A stretch of DNA of 64,000 nucleotides from Octopus vulgaris (lineage: Eukaryota), in NCBI GenBank assembly GCA_951406725.2, contig OX597831.1:63302001-63366000 (forward strand), written 5' to 3'. Positions 1 to 13,432 of this stretch are shown here, piece after piece (within the stretch, counting starts at the first letter, position 1; the number at the start of each line of letters is the position of its first letter). The notes below the pieces were generated by a model. That model had not been told where the DNA came from and did not search any database. It saw nothing but the letters and a program-made list of their open reading frames with translations. The position numbers and the translations under genes are program-made.

Positions 1-44
<44 letters not shown>
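1..44. repeat. (TAGA)n microsatellite
   Basis: Perfect tetranucleotide repeat at the window start. Confidence 0.95.
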
Positions 45-45
<1 letters not shown>

Positions 46-59
46 TGATGGATACTGAT

Positions 60-290
60 ACTTCGTTGGTTACGGCAAGAGTTTCTGTTGATCCGATCAA
101 CAGAACAGCCTGCCCGTGAAGTTAACGGGCAAGTGGCTGATCACTCAACAGACACGCGTACCCTTAATGTAGATTTAGCGTGACACAGAATGTGACAAAG
201 CTGTACCTTTGAAATACAGACAACACTCAGTTCTGTTATTTGAGTGGACAGGGACGACGTGAAATAAAGTGTCTTGTTCAAGGACACATG
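60..290 (-). mobile_element. Degraded SINE family D (tRNA head/CORE-like), head missing
   Basis: Reverse complement matches the body of the 35110-35432 copy (gtccttgaacaagacactttatttcacg ... aggctgttctgttgatcggatcaac). Confidence 0.75.
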
Positions 291-972
291 TCTAGTGTTT
301 ATGACAAAAATTACAGGCTTTGGGCTTAATAGTTTTTATTCCTTGAACAAACAATCTAAGGTAGTCTATGGACATCTACTTATGATAATATTCTTCATTA
401 TATAAAATTCTTCATTTTATAAAATTCAGAATTATCCAGATATTGGATTCTAAGAAAATATAAGAATTTTGTTAACAGAAACTGTATGGAAGTCAATCGT
501 AGTAACCGTTCTAATCCTGCCTTTCCGTTGTAGACTTAAACTGTCGCTCCTTTTAAACCTAACGTCTGACTTTTGGATAATTTTAGCTGATTATCTGCTG
601 CCAGAATACGATCCATGCCTCCAGTCTGAGTATAACTTTCTCCCTTCTTCCTATCAGGTTAAGAGATTTAAAAGGATTCATTGGTTCTCTCCTGTTCCTC
701 AAGCCAAATAAACCTGATACATCCTGTGTGGTTGTATCCATTAGACTTATCCTACGTTCGTAAGTATTCCACATAGCCTGTCTACTTCTATGCCTACTAT
801 ATAGCCCGAGTATCTGTATGTATTCAATGCATCCTGCTTATTTCTACATGTATGTATGTAATTTGAGTGCCTGAATGTGTTCAACGTTCCATTTCTATCT
901 GTATGTATACAAGCTCTCTCTACTTGCTTGCATGTGTCATATATCTATCTGCATTAGAATGTGTGTATGTGC

Positions 973-1013
<41 letters not shown>

Positions 1014-1293
1014 CGTGCGTGTTAGATGTACCCTGTCAAGTATTCTGTCAACTATCACTTCAAGCCGCAACACAAAATATGAAAATACGAAAATAAAAAT
1101 GAGAAAGAAGGAAAAAAATCAGTAAAAATAAGAATTTCAAAGAATTATGAAAGAAAACTAGCGTAAAAGAAAGCTAGCGTTTGGAGGAGAAACGTAAAAT
1201 AAAAGAAATATAAACCAACTTCCTACATGTAATTTCGTTTTGCGCAGCAATTTTTTCGTTTCTCTATATTTCCTTTCTAAAATATGTGCACGT

Positions 1294-1295
<2 letters not shown>

Positions 1296-1335
<40 letters not shown>

Positions 1336-1371
1336 AAAGAGAGAGAGAGAGACATATATATATAGAGAGAG

Positions 1372-1422
<51 letters not shown>

Positions 1423-1770
1423 CATATATATACATATATATACATATATACATACATATATATATATATATATATACATATATATATACATACATATATA
1501 TATATGCATACATATATATATATACATATATATATATACATACATATATATACATATATACATACATATATATATATACATACACACGCAAAGATCATAT
1601 GTGTATATCTGTATATATGTATGTGTGTATATACATACGCGCGCATATATATATACATACATATATCTATATATATATATATATATATATCTGTGAGCGT
1701 GATATATATATATATGTATATATATATACATAGATATATGTATGTATATAATATGCACGTATGTACATAT
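1296..1770. repeat. Compound (TA)n/(TACA)n/(GA)n microsatellite
   Basis: Low-complexity tract; source of several spurious YI/IY ORFs. Confidence 0.95.
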
Positions 1771-2075
1771 TTATTCATTGTAGTTAAATAGTAATTTCTT
1801 GTTTGTATTAGAATTGTGACAATGTCTTGACATTTGCTATAATCGATTCGATGGAACCAGAACTTGACTGGTATTATTTTATCGATTCCAGAAATTATTT
1901 CCAACTTTCTGCAAGGTCGAATGTGGTAGATGCCAGCTCGGATCAGAACATCGAGTGAAGTAATCAAATAATACAAAGTATTGTGTCCGTCACTATACCA
2001 ATTCTGCAACCTACCATTGCATATCACATATAGACAATTTCCATGGGTGTACGAAACACCATTTAGAACAATTTT

Positions 2076-2508
2076 GGGATCTTTTCGGTTTGAACGGCAG
2101 TTTTTAACATAATTTCTAGGTAACTAAAAAATTTTAAACTTCGTATACTGCTAGAATGTGTTTATAAAACATCTTTTTCTCTTGGCTTTATTGAGAAAAT
2201 TCTATCGTTTGTAAGATATTTGTTGTTCATTTTCTGCAATTTCTGCAATTTCAACCAATTAATGACGACTATTGAGGTAAAAAATATTCTGTGCCATATG
2301 AATATGTCCCTCGTTTAAGAAACAGATTGGGTTTATTTACATTTGTGAAGAAAAAAGATACCTTCCCCCACCCCTAACCCTAATCCTAACTAACCCTAAC
2401 CCTAAAACGGATTGAAATGCAATAAATCGATACTAGGGTCATACTTATGGGTGACAATTTCATATGACACTGCTAGAAAAAAACTGCCGTTCAAACCGAA
2501 AAGACCCC
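2076..2508. mobile_element. MITE with ~30-bp TIRs, 6-bp TSD (AATTTT) and internal (CCCTAA)n-like tract
   Basis: Left end gggatcttttcggtttgaacggcagttttt, right end aaaaactgccgttcaaaccgaaaagacccc; aatttt on both sides (2070-2075, 2509-2514). Confidence 0.9.
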
Positions 2509-3780
2509 AATTTTGAAATCTTCATGTGATTTCTTGCTCTTTCATAAATAGAAGTCTAATCATCATTAAACTCAAATGTTATCCTGTGTAATAACGTATA
2601 CTGGGTAAGTTGGTCCTAAGTATACTATATGTAAAAAAGAAATAACATGATGGTCACGTGCAAAATAATCATAGATCAGATCTGTCAAAATTCACTTAGC
2701 CTAAATATTACCGACATCGATATTTTCTAAAATTACCAAGGTTTCTGTTATATAGCATTGCTTTTTTTTTTTTTTTTTATAACCCGTATTATGTTCAGTG
2801 TATAAATATACTGAACAGATCGCGTTGGCGAGTTAGAGTTTAAATATCTGCTAAATCTGCAAAATTTCGAAATGGAAAAAAATTAAGAAAATCGTATTTT
2901 GCTGAACAGTCATTGTTGAAAAAGAAAATGGCCTTCTTAGTTCTGTAGATCTGAATTACCAGAGTTGACACTCAATCAAGCAATCAAGTGGGATAAAAGA
3001 AAAAGAGATGCACCTAACTTTTTAGTTGTTTGAAGAATGATAGAAATGATGCGTAAGAGAAGCCGCAATTATAATTTAGTTTTAGCTTTGTTTCTCTGTT
3101 TAGTTTTGTGTCTAGAAAGATAACTGGTGAAAAACACGATAGAAACGATATTAAGATATCTATTCCTATATTTCACTGATTTCTGTTGTTGATATTGTAG
3201 TTATTATTTCTATTTCCCTAATCACACTCGATCAAGAAGAGCGTTGGTAAAATGCGTTCTGATTGTGAACATTCGGTCTTTTCTGATTATATTTTTACTA
3301 CTGTAGGTTTAGATATAAAGTAAATTTGGCGGTTGTTTATAGAAGAATGAGTGAACTCGTTGACTCCTGACTGCGTAAGTTAAAGCTGCCGTTCGTACTG
3401 GTGTTGAAACTTCACACAAAATCCTTGTAAGCCATGAACTGTGCTGCGTTTGAATAAAGATCAGTGCTTGTGTATATACATGACAGAGTAAAATACTGAG
3501 TGGCTTTCTTTTTTTCCATAGTTGTGCGTGATACAGCGTACTTTTTGTCATGTTCTCCTAATAAATATACCAAATTTTCTTAGAAATTATGTGAGAATGC
3601 TGCTTCGTCCAAAGTAGTGTTCCAGTTTGCATCATCATGCAAGAAGCACTTTCCCGGGTGAATCACTCATCCACAAAGTAAGCAATAGTTATGAGGACCT
3701 GGGATGAGGTTTAATCATGAATATTGTGCAGAGACTGTCTGAGATAAAAAATACGATACAAGTATTCATAATATGGGTTT

Positions 3781-3920
3781 TAAATTTTGGCGACAGGTCA
3801 GCAATTTCGATGGTAAGTAGATTAAGTTGATCTCAGTGTTCGTCTTGTACTTATTTTATCGAACTCTACAGGATGAAAGACAAACCTGATTTCAGCGTAC
3901 ATACATGCATTTTATATATA

Positions 3921-3955
<35 letters not shown>

Positions 3956-3996
3956 GTCCGTGCGTGTGTATGTATGTATGTATGTATATATGTATA

Positions 3997-4065
<69 letters not shown>

Positions 4066-4160
4066 GACAAAATTGATCTCTTTACTCCGAATATGCAGGT
4101 CGCCGATATGCCGCTAACCGTTTTGCTTGGCGTGCTAACAATTCTGTCAGCACGCTGTTT
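3781..4160 (-). mobile_element. Old SINE family A copy split by a (TA)n tract
   Basis: Tail/body at 3781-3898 and head at 4062-4160 resemble family A; tgaaagacaaa is repeated on both sides of the microsatellite. Confidence 0.6.
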
Positions 4161-4185
4161 AAATTCCATATAAACAATATTCGTT

Positions 4186-4395
4186 TCAAATTTTGGTTCA
4201 AGTCCAGCAGTTGTGGGACGGTGCTAAGTCGGCTACACTCCCGGCCCAGTAACATATTGTACATGTTTTATCGACCCCGAAAAGATAAAAGGCAAAGTTG
4301 ACCTAGGCGAAATTTGAACTCAAAATGTAAAGATGGGCGAAATGTTGCTAAGCATTTTGTTGGGCGTACTAACGATTATGTTAGCTCACCGCTTT
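4186..4395 (-). mobile_element. SINE family A, old-tail subfamily
   Basis: ttttatcgaccccgaaaagataaaaggcaaagttgacc...atttgaactc...ttagctcaccgc is the reverse complement of family A head and body. Confidence 0.8.
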
Positions 4396-4928
4396 AATTT
4401 CATACAAACAATATTGAGAATATATAGCGGAATACAGTCGTTATTAATATTCCTCATTTCTGATAACTTCAAAACGTTAATACATGATTTCCAATATTAT
4501 ATTTGACAGAAAATACTATATTCCTTCATTCTTACTGGCTTAAATTTAGTCATATTTCTAAAATATAGTTCAGTCGGCTTTTATTAGAATTTTAAATGAA
4601 TTCGAACATTTTCGAAATTAGCAGCCCGATTTATAGAGAATAAAAGCTGATCATTTTTAAAATATGAACATTTCCCATCTGTGAAACCATGAAAGACTAA
4701 AATATTTTCAGTCGTTTATTGAACTTAAAAGGGTGTACAAAATTTTCGAAGATATGACTCATACATGTGTAGTTATAATAGCGAACGTTTTCCAAATATT
4801 TACTTTCATTTTTCCTTCTTTCCTTCTATCATAACCTCTCCATGCGATATATGGATATATGTATGTGTGATGATATATATTACATACATACATCACATAC
4901 ATACATACATATATATATACATATATAC

Positions 4929-5036
<108 letters not shown>

Positions 5037-5065
5037 CATATATATATATGTATATATATATATAA

Positions 5066-5510
5066 AACGAAGCATTGGTTTAAAGCAGTGTTTATGTATG
5101 AGCACAATTTAGGTTACTTGAAATATGTTTGTCACATATTTCAACTGCCAAAGGCAAATACGCTACAGTTACCGTGGGAAAAATCCCTCTTATGGTAAAA
5201 TACCCAGTTCGTTCAGTGTCACCATCTGTTAGGAATCTCAGGCATCGATGTTTCAAGTATTTTGACTCTTGTGAATGAGATGTAGCTAAGAGAGGCAACT
5301 CTGAATGAACTAAATAAAGTTTGTAGTATTATATATAATTCAGTCAACACGTTGACTGATTTGCGCTATTAGTCGGCTGATCGAGATAAATAACGAAGCA
5401 TTGGCGCAAAGCAGTGTGTAAGTATGAGCACAATGTTTGTCACATATTTCAACTGCTAAAGGCAAATACACTGCAGTTACCGTGGAGAAAAATCTCTCTT
5501 ATGTTAAAAA
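5066..5510 (-). mobile_element. Partial-tandem element (repeats 5066-5200 and 5392-5510) containing a fossil hammerhead
   Basis: ~130-bp direct repeats next to (TA)n; hammerhead-shaped helices at 5235-5281. Confidence 0.6.
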
Positions 5511-5599
5511 GGTGATTGATATTTGTATTGTTATAACCTTGTTACAACTGCACGTTATAAAGTGGCACATACAGTGTGTGTTCACAGAAGGACAAAATA

Positions 5600-6730
5600 G
5601 TGTCGACGAGACACCAGAGTGGTGACATGAGAGACATATTAGCTTCTGTGGTTCATTTGCAACGGCAACTACAACAACAACAAAAAGAGAAGCAACAGCA
5701 ATGGTTGCAACGGCAACTACAGCAGCTATAACAAGAATAACAGAAACAGCAAAACAGGAAAAACAGCGACTACAACAACAACAACAAAATCAACAGTTGT
5801 TGGGATTATTATTGTTGCCGTCAAAAGACATTTCAGGTTCGTTTTCTGTATACGCGGTTGCTAATTGAATTGAAGATTTTACGTGTAATCCAGAAGAAGG
5901 GATTACGTTTTCTGCATACTTCAGAATGTATGAAGGCAACTACAACAAAGGAAGAGTGTAAAAGCTGAACAGACGAAAAGATGGTACGTCTTCTTTTAAG
6001 GAAATTATCACCAGCAGAACATGAAAATTACATCTTGCCGAGAAACCCATCGAAATTTTGTTTCGAGGGAACAATTATCTAAAATATTCAGTGAAAGAAG
6101 TTCACTATTTAATATTCGCTGGGAGTGTTTGATTTCGGAAGATTTCGCCACGTACGCCGAAATTGTAAATAGAGAATGTGAACAATTTAAACTCGATGAA
6201 TTAAGTAAGCCCATATATGTTTAAATGTTTAATCTTCGTACAAGGATTAACAGCAAATAAAGATGTAGAGTTAAGGGCTCGAATATTGACAAAGCTTGAA
6301 CAAGATTCAAAACTAACCCTACAAATAGTGGCTGAAGAATACCAAGGAATTATAAATCTACAAGACGCAGAAAAAATTGAAAAAGAATATTCAAATATTT
6401 ACTTACGTGTCGATCGGCAACAGATACGCAAAAAGAAAAACAACAGTCAAGACCCAAACCATGTTATGGATATAGAGAAATACATTTCAAAAGAAACTGT
6501 TCTTTTAAGAATCTAAAATGTTTTGGATGTGGGAATATTGGACACAAGAATTCACATTGTTGGGTGAAACAGAAATGGTCGAACGAACATATTCGAGAAA
6601 AAAAGTATTATCAATACAAATGAAAAGCGAGATACAAAAAAGAAATCTGTCTCTATAAAAATAAATAATGTGAATACGAGACTACAATTGGACACAGAGA
6701 GTGACATCACAATAATTAACGAGGATACAT
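5600..6730 (+). mobile_element. Degenerate Ty3/Gypsy LTR retrotransposon gag-protease fragment (Mag-like)
   Basis: PBS-like tgtcgacgag; Q-rich start; FTCNPEEGITFSAYFRMYE; FKCLIFVQGL...RARILTKLEQ; CCHC knuckle CFGCGNIGHKNSHC (~6519-6560); protease-like LDTESDITII (~6688-6717); frameshifts. Confidence 0.85.
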
Positions 6731-8349
6731 CTATTCCTCTGCCTCTACCTCTCTCTCTTCTCTCCCCACGTGACCGGTGTTCGATCAAGCCTGACATTTC
6801 TGTCTTGGTTCGGAGTTGTCCGTGCAACATCTATATTCTTCCCTGTGCCTGTGAAATCTTGTAACCCTTAGTGGTTAGCCACATTTAAGTGGCAAATATA
6901 CTTCACACCGTCGTGCAGCTACTGTTTATACCTCGTTCAGAGATTTATTATTGCTTATATATGCATATGTGTGTGTATGTGTGTGTGTGTGTAGATAGAT
7001 AGACTGACAGACAGATGGATAGATAGATAGAAATAATTGAGATTCAGTTGAATTAGGTACTTAAGTTGAAGCACCAACTCAGTGTGGTATCATCCGCACA
7101 GTTCGAAGGTGAATAAAATCAATATAATTAACAAGATATCAAGTAGTGATGCAGAACGACCATTTCAAGCGGCTCCATTTAATTGAACTATGCAATCATT
7201 TTATCAATTTGAATGTAGTGCCATCTTCAGTTGCACAAATAAATAAATAGAATTTTAACAAGTAAGACAAATTAATATAATTTTTCTCAAATATTTTAAC
7301 ACACTAAGAAGCTGGAAGAAATTCATGTTGTCGCTATTGTAGCTAAAAATAGACTACACGTCTAAGAATCGCATGAAGCCTATTGGGGTCAGAGTGTTGT
7401 AAGGGATTATTTTGATTTGATAATCTGCTAGATCATCAGTTGATCGGCAATTAAGCGAGCACTGGATGAACACATAGAAAAATATAAAAACCAATATAAA
7501 GCCAATTCTATGACGAAACAATTTTTGCAGTATTGAGATGAGAGCCGACATGCTGTTTTCCTTTTGAAAGACATACAATGCTGCGGCGCAACTATGGCTC
7601 CTACAGATGATGAACATGGTTTTGGTTACTCAAATATTTAAGATTTCTTACAGACACATGCGTTTTCACACACACACATGCATGTAATCACTATGCTTTC
7701 GAAGTAGAGTGAACAGCGATGAAGTAATTATCTTTTCATTGCATAGACATTGAAGGAAAATTATTTGAAATTTTATAGACTTTAATGTATGTATTAAGTA
7801 GCATTGACTTTGTTAACCATGGCGGGAAATTGGTCGAAATACGAAAGGTTGGACAGAATACTGTCTCATGACATCAATTCTTCTTATTTAAAGCTATATT
7901 CGCCAAAGGTGAAAGAAGAAGAAGAAGCATGTTCTCTTTGATGTTATCAATATCATTTTTGTCAATCTATACGTTTGTAACGTGTATATACAGAGGATTT
8001 GGCGCCTATTTCTGACCGGCCTTCCCTCTTTGATCTGATAATAGTGATCTTATATGCAGATCGTTCTTTGTGCATTAATGAGAACAGTATAACGTACGGT
8101 GAGCCATCAATGCGAACCAAAATCACATCACAATACGTCTCATCTAGTATCTAGCACTTGAATTCACAGAAACTTGTTGGTGTTTGGTATATATCCGATC
8201 AAAAATATGTTACCACATAGATAGATATGCGTGTGTATGTGTGTATGCGAATGTGCATACACTTGTGCGTATGATTTTTTGTGCGTGTGTGTGTGCGTGT
8301 GTGTGCATATGGGTGTGTGTATAAAATAGTAACCCAACAAAGACATAAA

Positions 8350-8354
8350 CATAT

Positions 8355-8421
<67 letters not shown>

Positions 8422-8455
8422 TAGATATAGATATAGATATATACATATATACATA
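8350..8455. repeat. (ATAG)n microsatellite
   Basis: Tetranucleotide repeat. Confidence 0.95.
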
Positions 8456-9059
8456 CTCGAAACGTTAAATCCTCCTTCTTTCTTTCCTTTCCTGAGCGTC
8501 CAATAACACTATACTCGTTCTACATGCTCTACGTGTACAAAACTGAGTAGATCACATTTACGGCCGAGCCGATTTGCATAATTTAAACATTTATGAGCTA
8601 AGAGAAATATCACAGACTGTCTAGTGACATGTATTTATATAGCAAAGACAATTACATATATATCAAACTGGATAACTGTCGTGCTAATGACGACTATTGA
8701 GCCCTTTGCTTCTCCTTTTCCTTAATAGCACACCAGCATATTCCTCAAATTTAAGATTATCTCGCCTTCTCAAGTAGAGCTAATCATATTTGTCATTTGG
8801 CAATTTTGATATATCTTCTAGTGTCTCACATATCTAGTTTTAGACAATCAAGAATTCATACCGTATTGTATCTGATAAGTCTGTATTTGTCTATGATGTT
8901 CAAGTGCATGTCACTGACCACTCCTAGTTATTTGTCTCAGATTACTTTTGCTTTATATTAAACCGATGTATCTAATACGGATAGCAATAAGTACAGGTAG
9001 AATCGATTAGAAAATATGCAACAGTGAAGTTAGAATATCTAGAAAGTTAAATGTGTACA

Positions 9060-9106
<47 letters not shown>

Positions 9107-9107
9107 G

Positions 9108-9420
9108 GAAGAAGAAGAAGAAGAAGAAGAAGAAGAAGAAGAAGAAGAAAAAGGAAGAGGAGGAGGAGGAGGAGAAGAAGAGGTAGTAGAAGAAGTAGAA
9201 GAAGAAGAAGAAGAAGAAGAAGAAGACGAAGAAGAAGAAAAAAAAAGAAGAAGAAGAAAAAGAAGAAAAAGAAGGAGAAGAAGAAGAAGAAGAAGAAGAA
9301 GAAGAAGAAGGAGGAGGAGAAGAGGAAGAAGAAGATGAAGAAGAAGAAGAAGAAGAAGAAGAAGAAGAAGAAGAAGAAGAAGAAGAAGAAGAAGAAGAAG
9401 AAGATGATGAACAACAACAA
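9108..9420. repeat. (GAA)n/(GGA)n polypurine tract
   Basis: ~310 bp of trinucleotide repeats. Confidence 0.95.
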
Positions 9421-9446
9421 AGTGGAGTTTAAAATTTCACAAAAGC

Positions 9447-9718
9447 TGTTTCAGCAGCAGTTTTATTTTGGTGATGAAATAGTTCGATCATTACGATTAC
9501 ATCATGAAGACTATCCGCTATCATTAGGTGATTTTAAAAGTGGGTGGAAACGAATATTCAAATCGACTCGCTTTGCTAATGCTTGGCAAAGCGCGTCGAT
9601 TTGAATTTTCTCTTCACACCCACTTTTAAAATCACCTAATGATAGTGGATACTCTTCATGATATGTAATCGTAATGATCGAACTATTTCATCACTAAAAT
9701 AAAATTGATGCTGAAACA
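9447..9718. repeat. Long fold-back palindrome (~125-bp arms)
   Basis: tgtttcagca...ttcaaatcgac paired with gtcgatttgaa...tgctgaaaca; inner gctttgc/gcaaagc stem. Confidence 0.92.
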
Positions 9719-9841
9719 CTTGTAAGGACATTTAAAGTGTTGTTCTTTCATATAATCGTCAATCTACAACCATCCCTATGTTGGTTGGATCCATAACTTG
9801 TATGTGACCGAGAAACTATATATATATATATATATATATAA

Positions 9842-10511
9842 ATATTCATAAGATACATATATAGAGTAGCGAATATTCGTTTTTAAATATCACCACCAGT
9901 AGTCTAACATGTATAAATAGTCAATAGACAACATATTCATATTTTAAAATAGTGTACATTTAAACACAAAAGAAAACTACCATTTAACAGGTAATTTTTA
10001 CATACTAGAAATAGCAGCCAACACGGCCCAAACCACGATTTAATAGCAATTTTCGAGTAAATGAAGAATAAAAACTTTTACCTTCTTATTTTTATTAGCG
10101 GTTATACCATGATTTCGAAATTTTTTAGCAAAAAAGATTATTTGCCATTCTTTAATAGGTAATTTAGCAAAACAATATTATCCACCAGGCGAATTCTCAT
10201 CAGTGACCGGCCTCAATAACTAACTTATAATTCAGAGACAAGATAACACGTGTCCCGTCATTATATGTTATAACATTTCAAAATTTCGCGCGCAGGTGCA
10301 GGTACAGTCGGCAATAAATAAAATGCCGAGCCGAATCTTCGAGAATGCTAAGAACATATTCATAAGATACATATATAGGGTAATGAATATTCGTTATAAA
10401 TATCACCACCAGTGGCCTAGCATGTATAATTAGTCAATAGACAACATATTCATATTTTAAAATAGTGTACAATTAAACACAAAAAGAACTACCCTTTAAC
10501 AAGTAATTTTT
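9842..10511 (-). mobile_element. Partial-tandem hammerhead element (Penelope-like/retrozyme-like)
   Basis: ~157-bp direct repeats at 9842-9999 and 10356-10511 (period ~514 bp), starting at a (TA)n tract and enclosing a hammerhead. Confidence 0.75.
10099..10209 (-). ncRNA. Type I hammerhead ribozyme motif, intact core, long stem II
   Basis: Minus strand: cggtca-CTGATGA-gaa...ttc-GAAA-tcatgg-TA-taaccg. Confidence 0.72.
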
Positions 10512-10830
10512 TACGTCGTGAACTACTCGTACACTTGTGTGCGGCTCATACACTATTCTCTACACACTTTCTGCAACTTTGCGTAGGCCCTTGAGCAGGT
10601 ATCGCCATAACAACTTTCACTCTCATGGGCAATGTACTGATCACACGCTACACACCTTTCTTCCAAGCACTGCTGTAAACGGCGGAAGTGAGCTTTGATG
10701 TTAAAACTTAGTGTACATGCACAGCAGAGTTCAAGGTCAATCTTTGTTTTGTGGCTTTACTCTACGTTCTTTAGCTTCGTTACTATGGCAACAGTCCGTA
10801 TACTTACTGATCAGACCTCATACACAAACA

Positions 10831-10928
<98 letters not shown>

Positions 10929-10959
10929 AGACACTTAGAAACAGCTTGCTATTTCATAT

Positions 10960-11097
10960 GACGGACTTTCAACCACAGTTTCCGTCTAACAGCTCACAAG
11001 GCATTTGTCGACTCACACTTAATGTAAGCGACATTTAATGCGCTGTGAGAATGAACCCAAAACGTCGTGATTGCAGAATGAGTCTCCTAACCACACA
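10960..11097 (-). mobile_element. Degraded SINE family B 5' half
   Basis: cagtttccgtctaac...ctcacaaggc...aaccacaca matches family B. Confidence 0.65.
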
Positions 11098-11277
11098 AAC
11101 GCACACACATCAATATCTAGCAAAGCAAGAGAGTGACTGAAGAGTCGAGAGTTTCGTGTGTTGGCACTTATCAAATTTTCATAAGAGCCAAGGCACGAAA
11201 CTCGTTTCTTGAACCACGGTTGTTCCTGTTAAATATACATATACTCATATTTTGAGTTCCATTTATCTTGTTTGAAT

Positions 11278-11322
<45 letters not shown>

Positions 11323-12345
11323 CATACGCCGGTCTGTATGTGTGAATTATTTTCATCTCTTAGACTCTCTCAGCTTATAATGCAGAGATAGAAAGAAAAT
11401 TTGACAAACGTAATTTAGAATTTGGCAATGTGAGAAAACTTCACCGAGGAAAGAAGATGCCGTGACGCCAATATTTGGGTATTTCTGTCTTTTCCGCTCT
11501 TCGTTTATTTAAGGTGAATCTCAAAAAATACATATACATCATTTGGGAATGTTAAATCCATCCAGCAATTCCCGTCAAGCATGCAATCGAGGTTCGAGTA
11601 TGTGTATGTGTCTACTTGTCTGTGTCTGTATATGCGTGTGTACATGTGATAGCCAATTATTGGTATCATCAAATCAATGTATTTACTTGAATATTTGCGT
11701 GATAACATGGAATGTGTATACATAAAACAAGGAAGACATCTCTATTTAACCTCGTTAAAAAGATTGGCTCTCACGCTTTTATAAACGTCAATTTCTACAC
11801 ACGCGTGTTGACTTCAAAAACATTTTTTTTCTTTCTATGTCAGTCTCGCTCTCTCCCCCTCTGTCTTCCATCCCCTCTATCTCTCTTTCTCTTTATTTAC
11901 ATTTAGGTTAATTTTTTTTAAGAGAAGCTTATTTGGTTATGACTCATACGTCATACATTATTGGTAGTTTCATTAAAAAATACACAAGTTCCAGACAAAC
12001 CGAAACAGTGGCCTAATTGCATTTGTAGAATATATTCCGTCTTATATCGAATACTGTTCGCTGCTTTCATCAGCAAGTCCTACAGATCGCCTCTTATCTG
12101 TATCCACTATTTTCATAAGATTACACTTACTTGATATTATTGGAATCATCCGCCCTTGCTTGTTGATTATATATAACACACACACTGAGATTTGTATACT
12201 AATCGCATGCATACTTTCAAGAAATGGAAGTTTTCAGCTAAATCTCATTTTTATGGTTCCCGTGTAGTTTAGGGAAGCACCATAGATATACGAAGTTCTT
12301 TGCATTGGAAGCAATTTAATTGTGTATGCGTTTGTGTGTGTGTGA

Positions 12346-12408
<63 letters not shown>

Positions 12409-12429
12409 CTATATTTTGAACAAACTGGA

Positions 12430-12705
12430 AAGGAATAATTATGGTATAGTGACAATGTACATCCGGGAAGATGTCACGCCTACAGTCCTGCTGTCACAAT
12501 GAAACTCAGTTTGTGACGCTCTGGTAGTACACATAAAACAGATCAAAATGGTAATGTGTATTAATATCGCCTACAAGATGTTCCAAATTATGGATACGTA
12601 TTTGAGTAGAGCCTCAAAATGGTGGAAAGAGTATTAAGCAACCTAAACGATAGCCTTCATGTTCTTCTAAAAGACTTCAACATCCCTAATGTCGAATGGC
12701 CTGTA
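12430..12705 (+). mobile_element. CR1-like LINE APE endonuclease fragment (pseudogene)
   Basis: Translates as GIVTMYIRE...CDALVVHI...LLKDFNIPNVEWP (GDFN motif variant), with stops. Confidence 0.7.
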
Positions 12706-13432
12706 TATCTAGCTAGTGAACGGTTTCCCCACTCTCTTTCTTGAATTTCCCTAATTTCTACCATCCATTATTTGAGGGCAAAAAGTATTTAAACTTTAAG
12801 GTGGAATGTACCAAAACAGATACACGCACACAAACACATGAAGATGCTGACGACCGCTCGGTTCAAAGTCTCCCTTCACCACAAATGGCCTGAACTCTTT
12901 GCATGAACACCACCCTGTACATAACTCCATGTCCTCCCACATGGCCTTGCTTTTTGCTTTTTGAGCCAAAAAATTAACTTAACTTAACTTAACATGTGTA
13001 TATTTACATATATAAACAAATATATATTTGTGTGTGCGCACGCGCATGCGTATGTACACGTGTGCATGTGTGTTTATGTGTGTGTGCATGTGTGTGTGCA
13101 TGTGAGTGTGCATGTGAGTGTACGTGAGCTTTTGCATTTGCATGTGTGTGCATGCGTGTGTGCGTACCAGAGCGTTTGCATGTGAGTGTGTGTCTATGTG
13201 TGTGTTCTTCCTTAGATTGTTATTCAAATATTTCTTTGGTTAATTACTTCCATGATTGCCTGGTGTTTAGATGTTAGCAATAATACAATCCGGCAATTTG
13301 ATGATCAGAATCGTTGGCCATACCTCAGTTCCCCTGACGAGCACAGTGCAAGCATATTTGTTCGTTAGCAGATAACCCTTTCGCTGAAAATACAAATCCA
13401 CCATGGAGCTTCTCACAGTCTCACTTGAAACA

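Noticed and set aside
480-860. Possible RTE LINE 3' end on the minus strand
   Set aside because: Only faint similarity; too degraded to support
1780-2075. ~100-codon stop-free minus-strand frame (…[10 protein letters not shown]…)
   Set aside because: No recognisable motif; the frame closes soon after the MITE is removed
2372-2406. True telomere or chromosome-fusion site
   Set aside because: Short, imperfect and internal to a MITE
7354-7650. Protein-like plus-strand stretch (AIKRALDEHIEKYK…)
   Set aside because: Multiple stops, no motif, no clear splice sites
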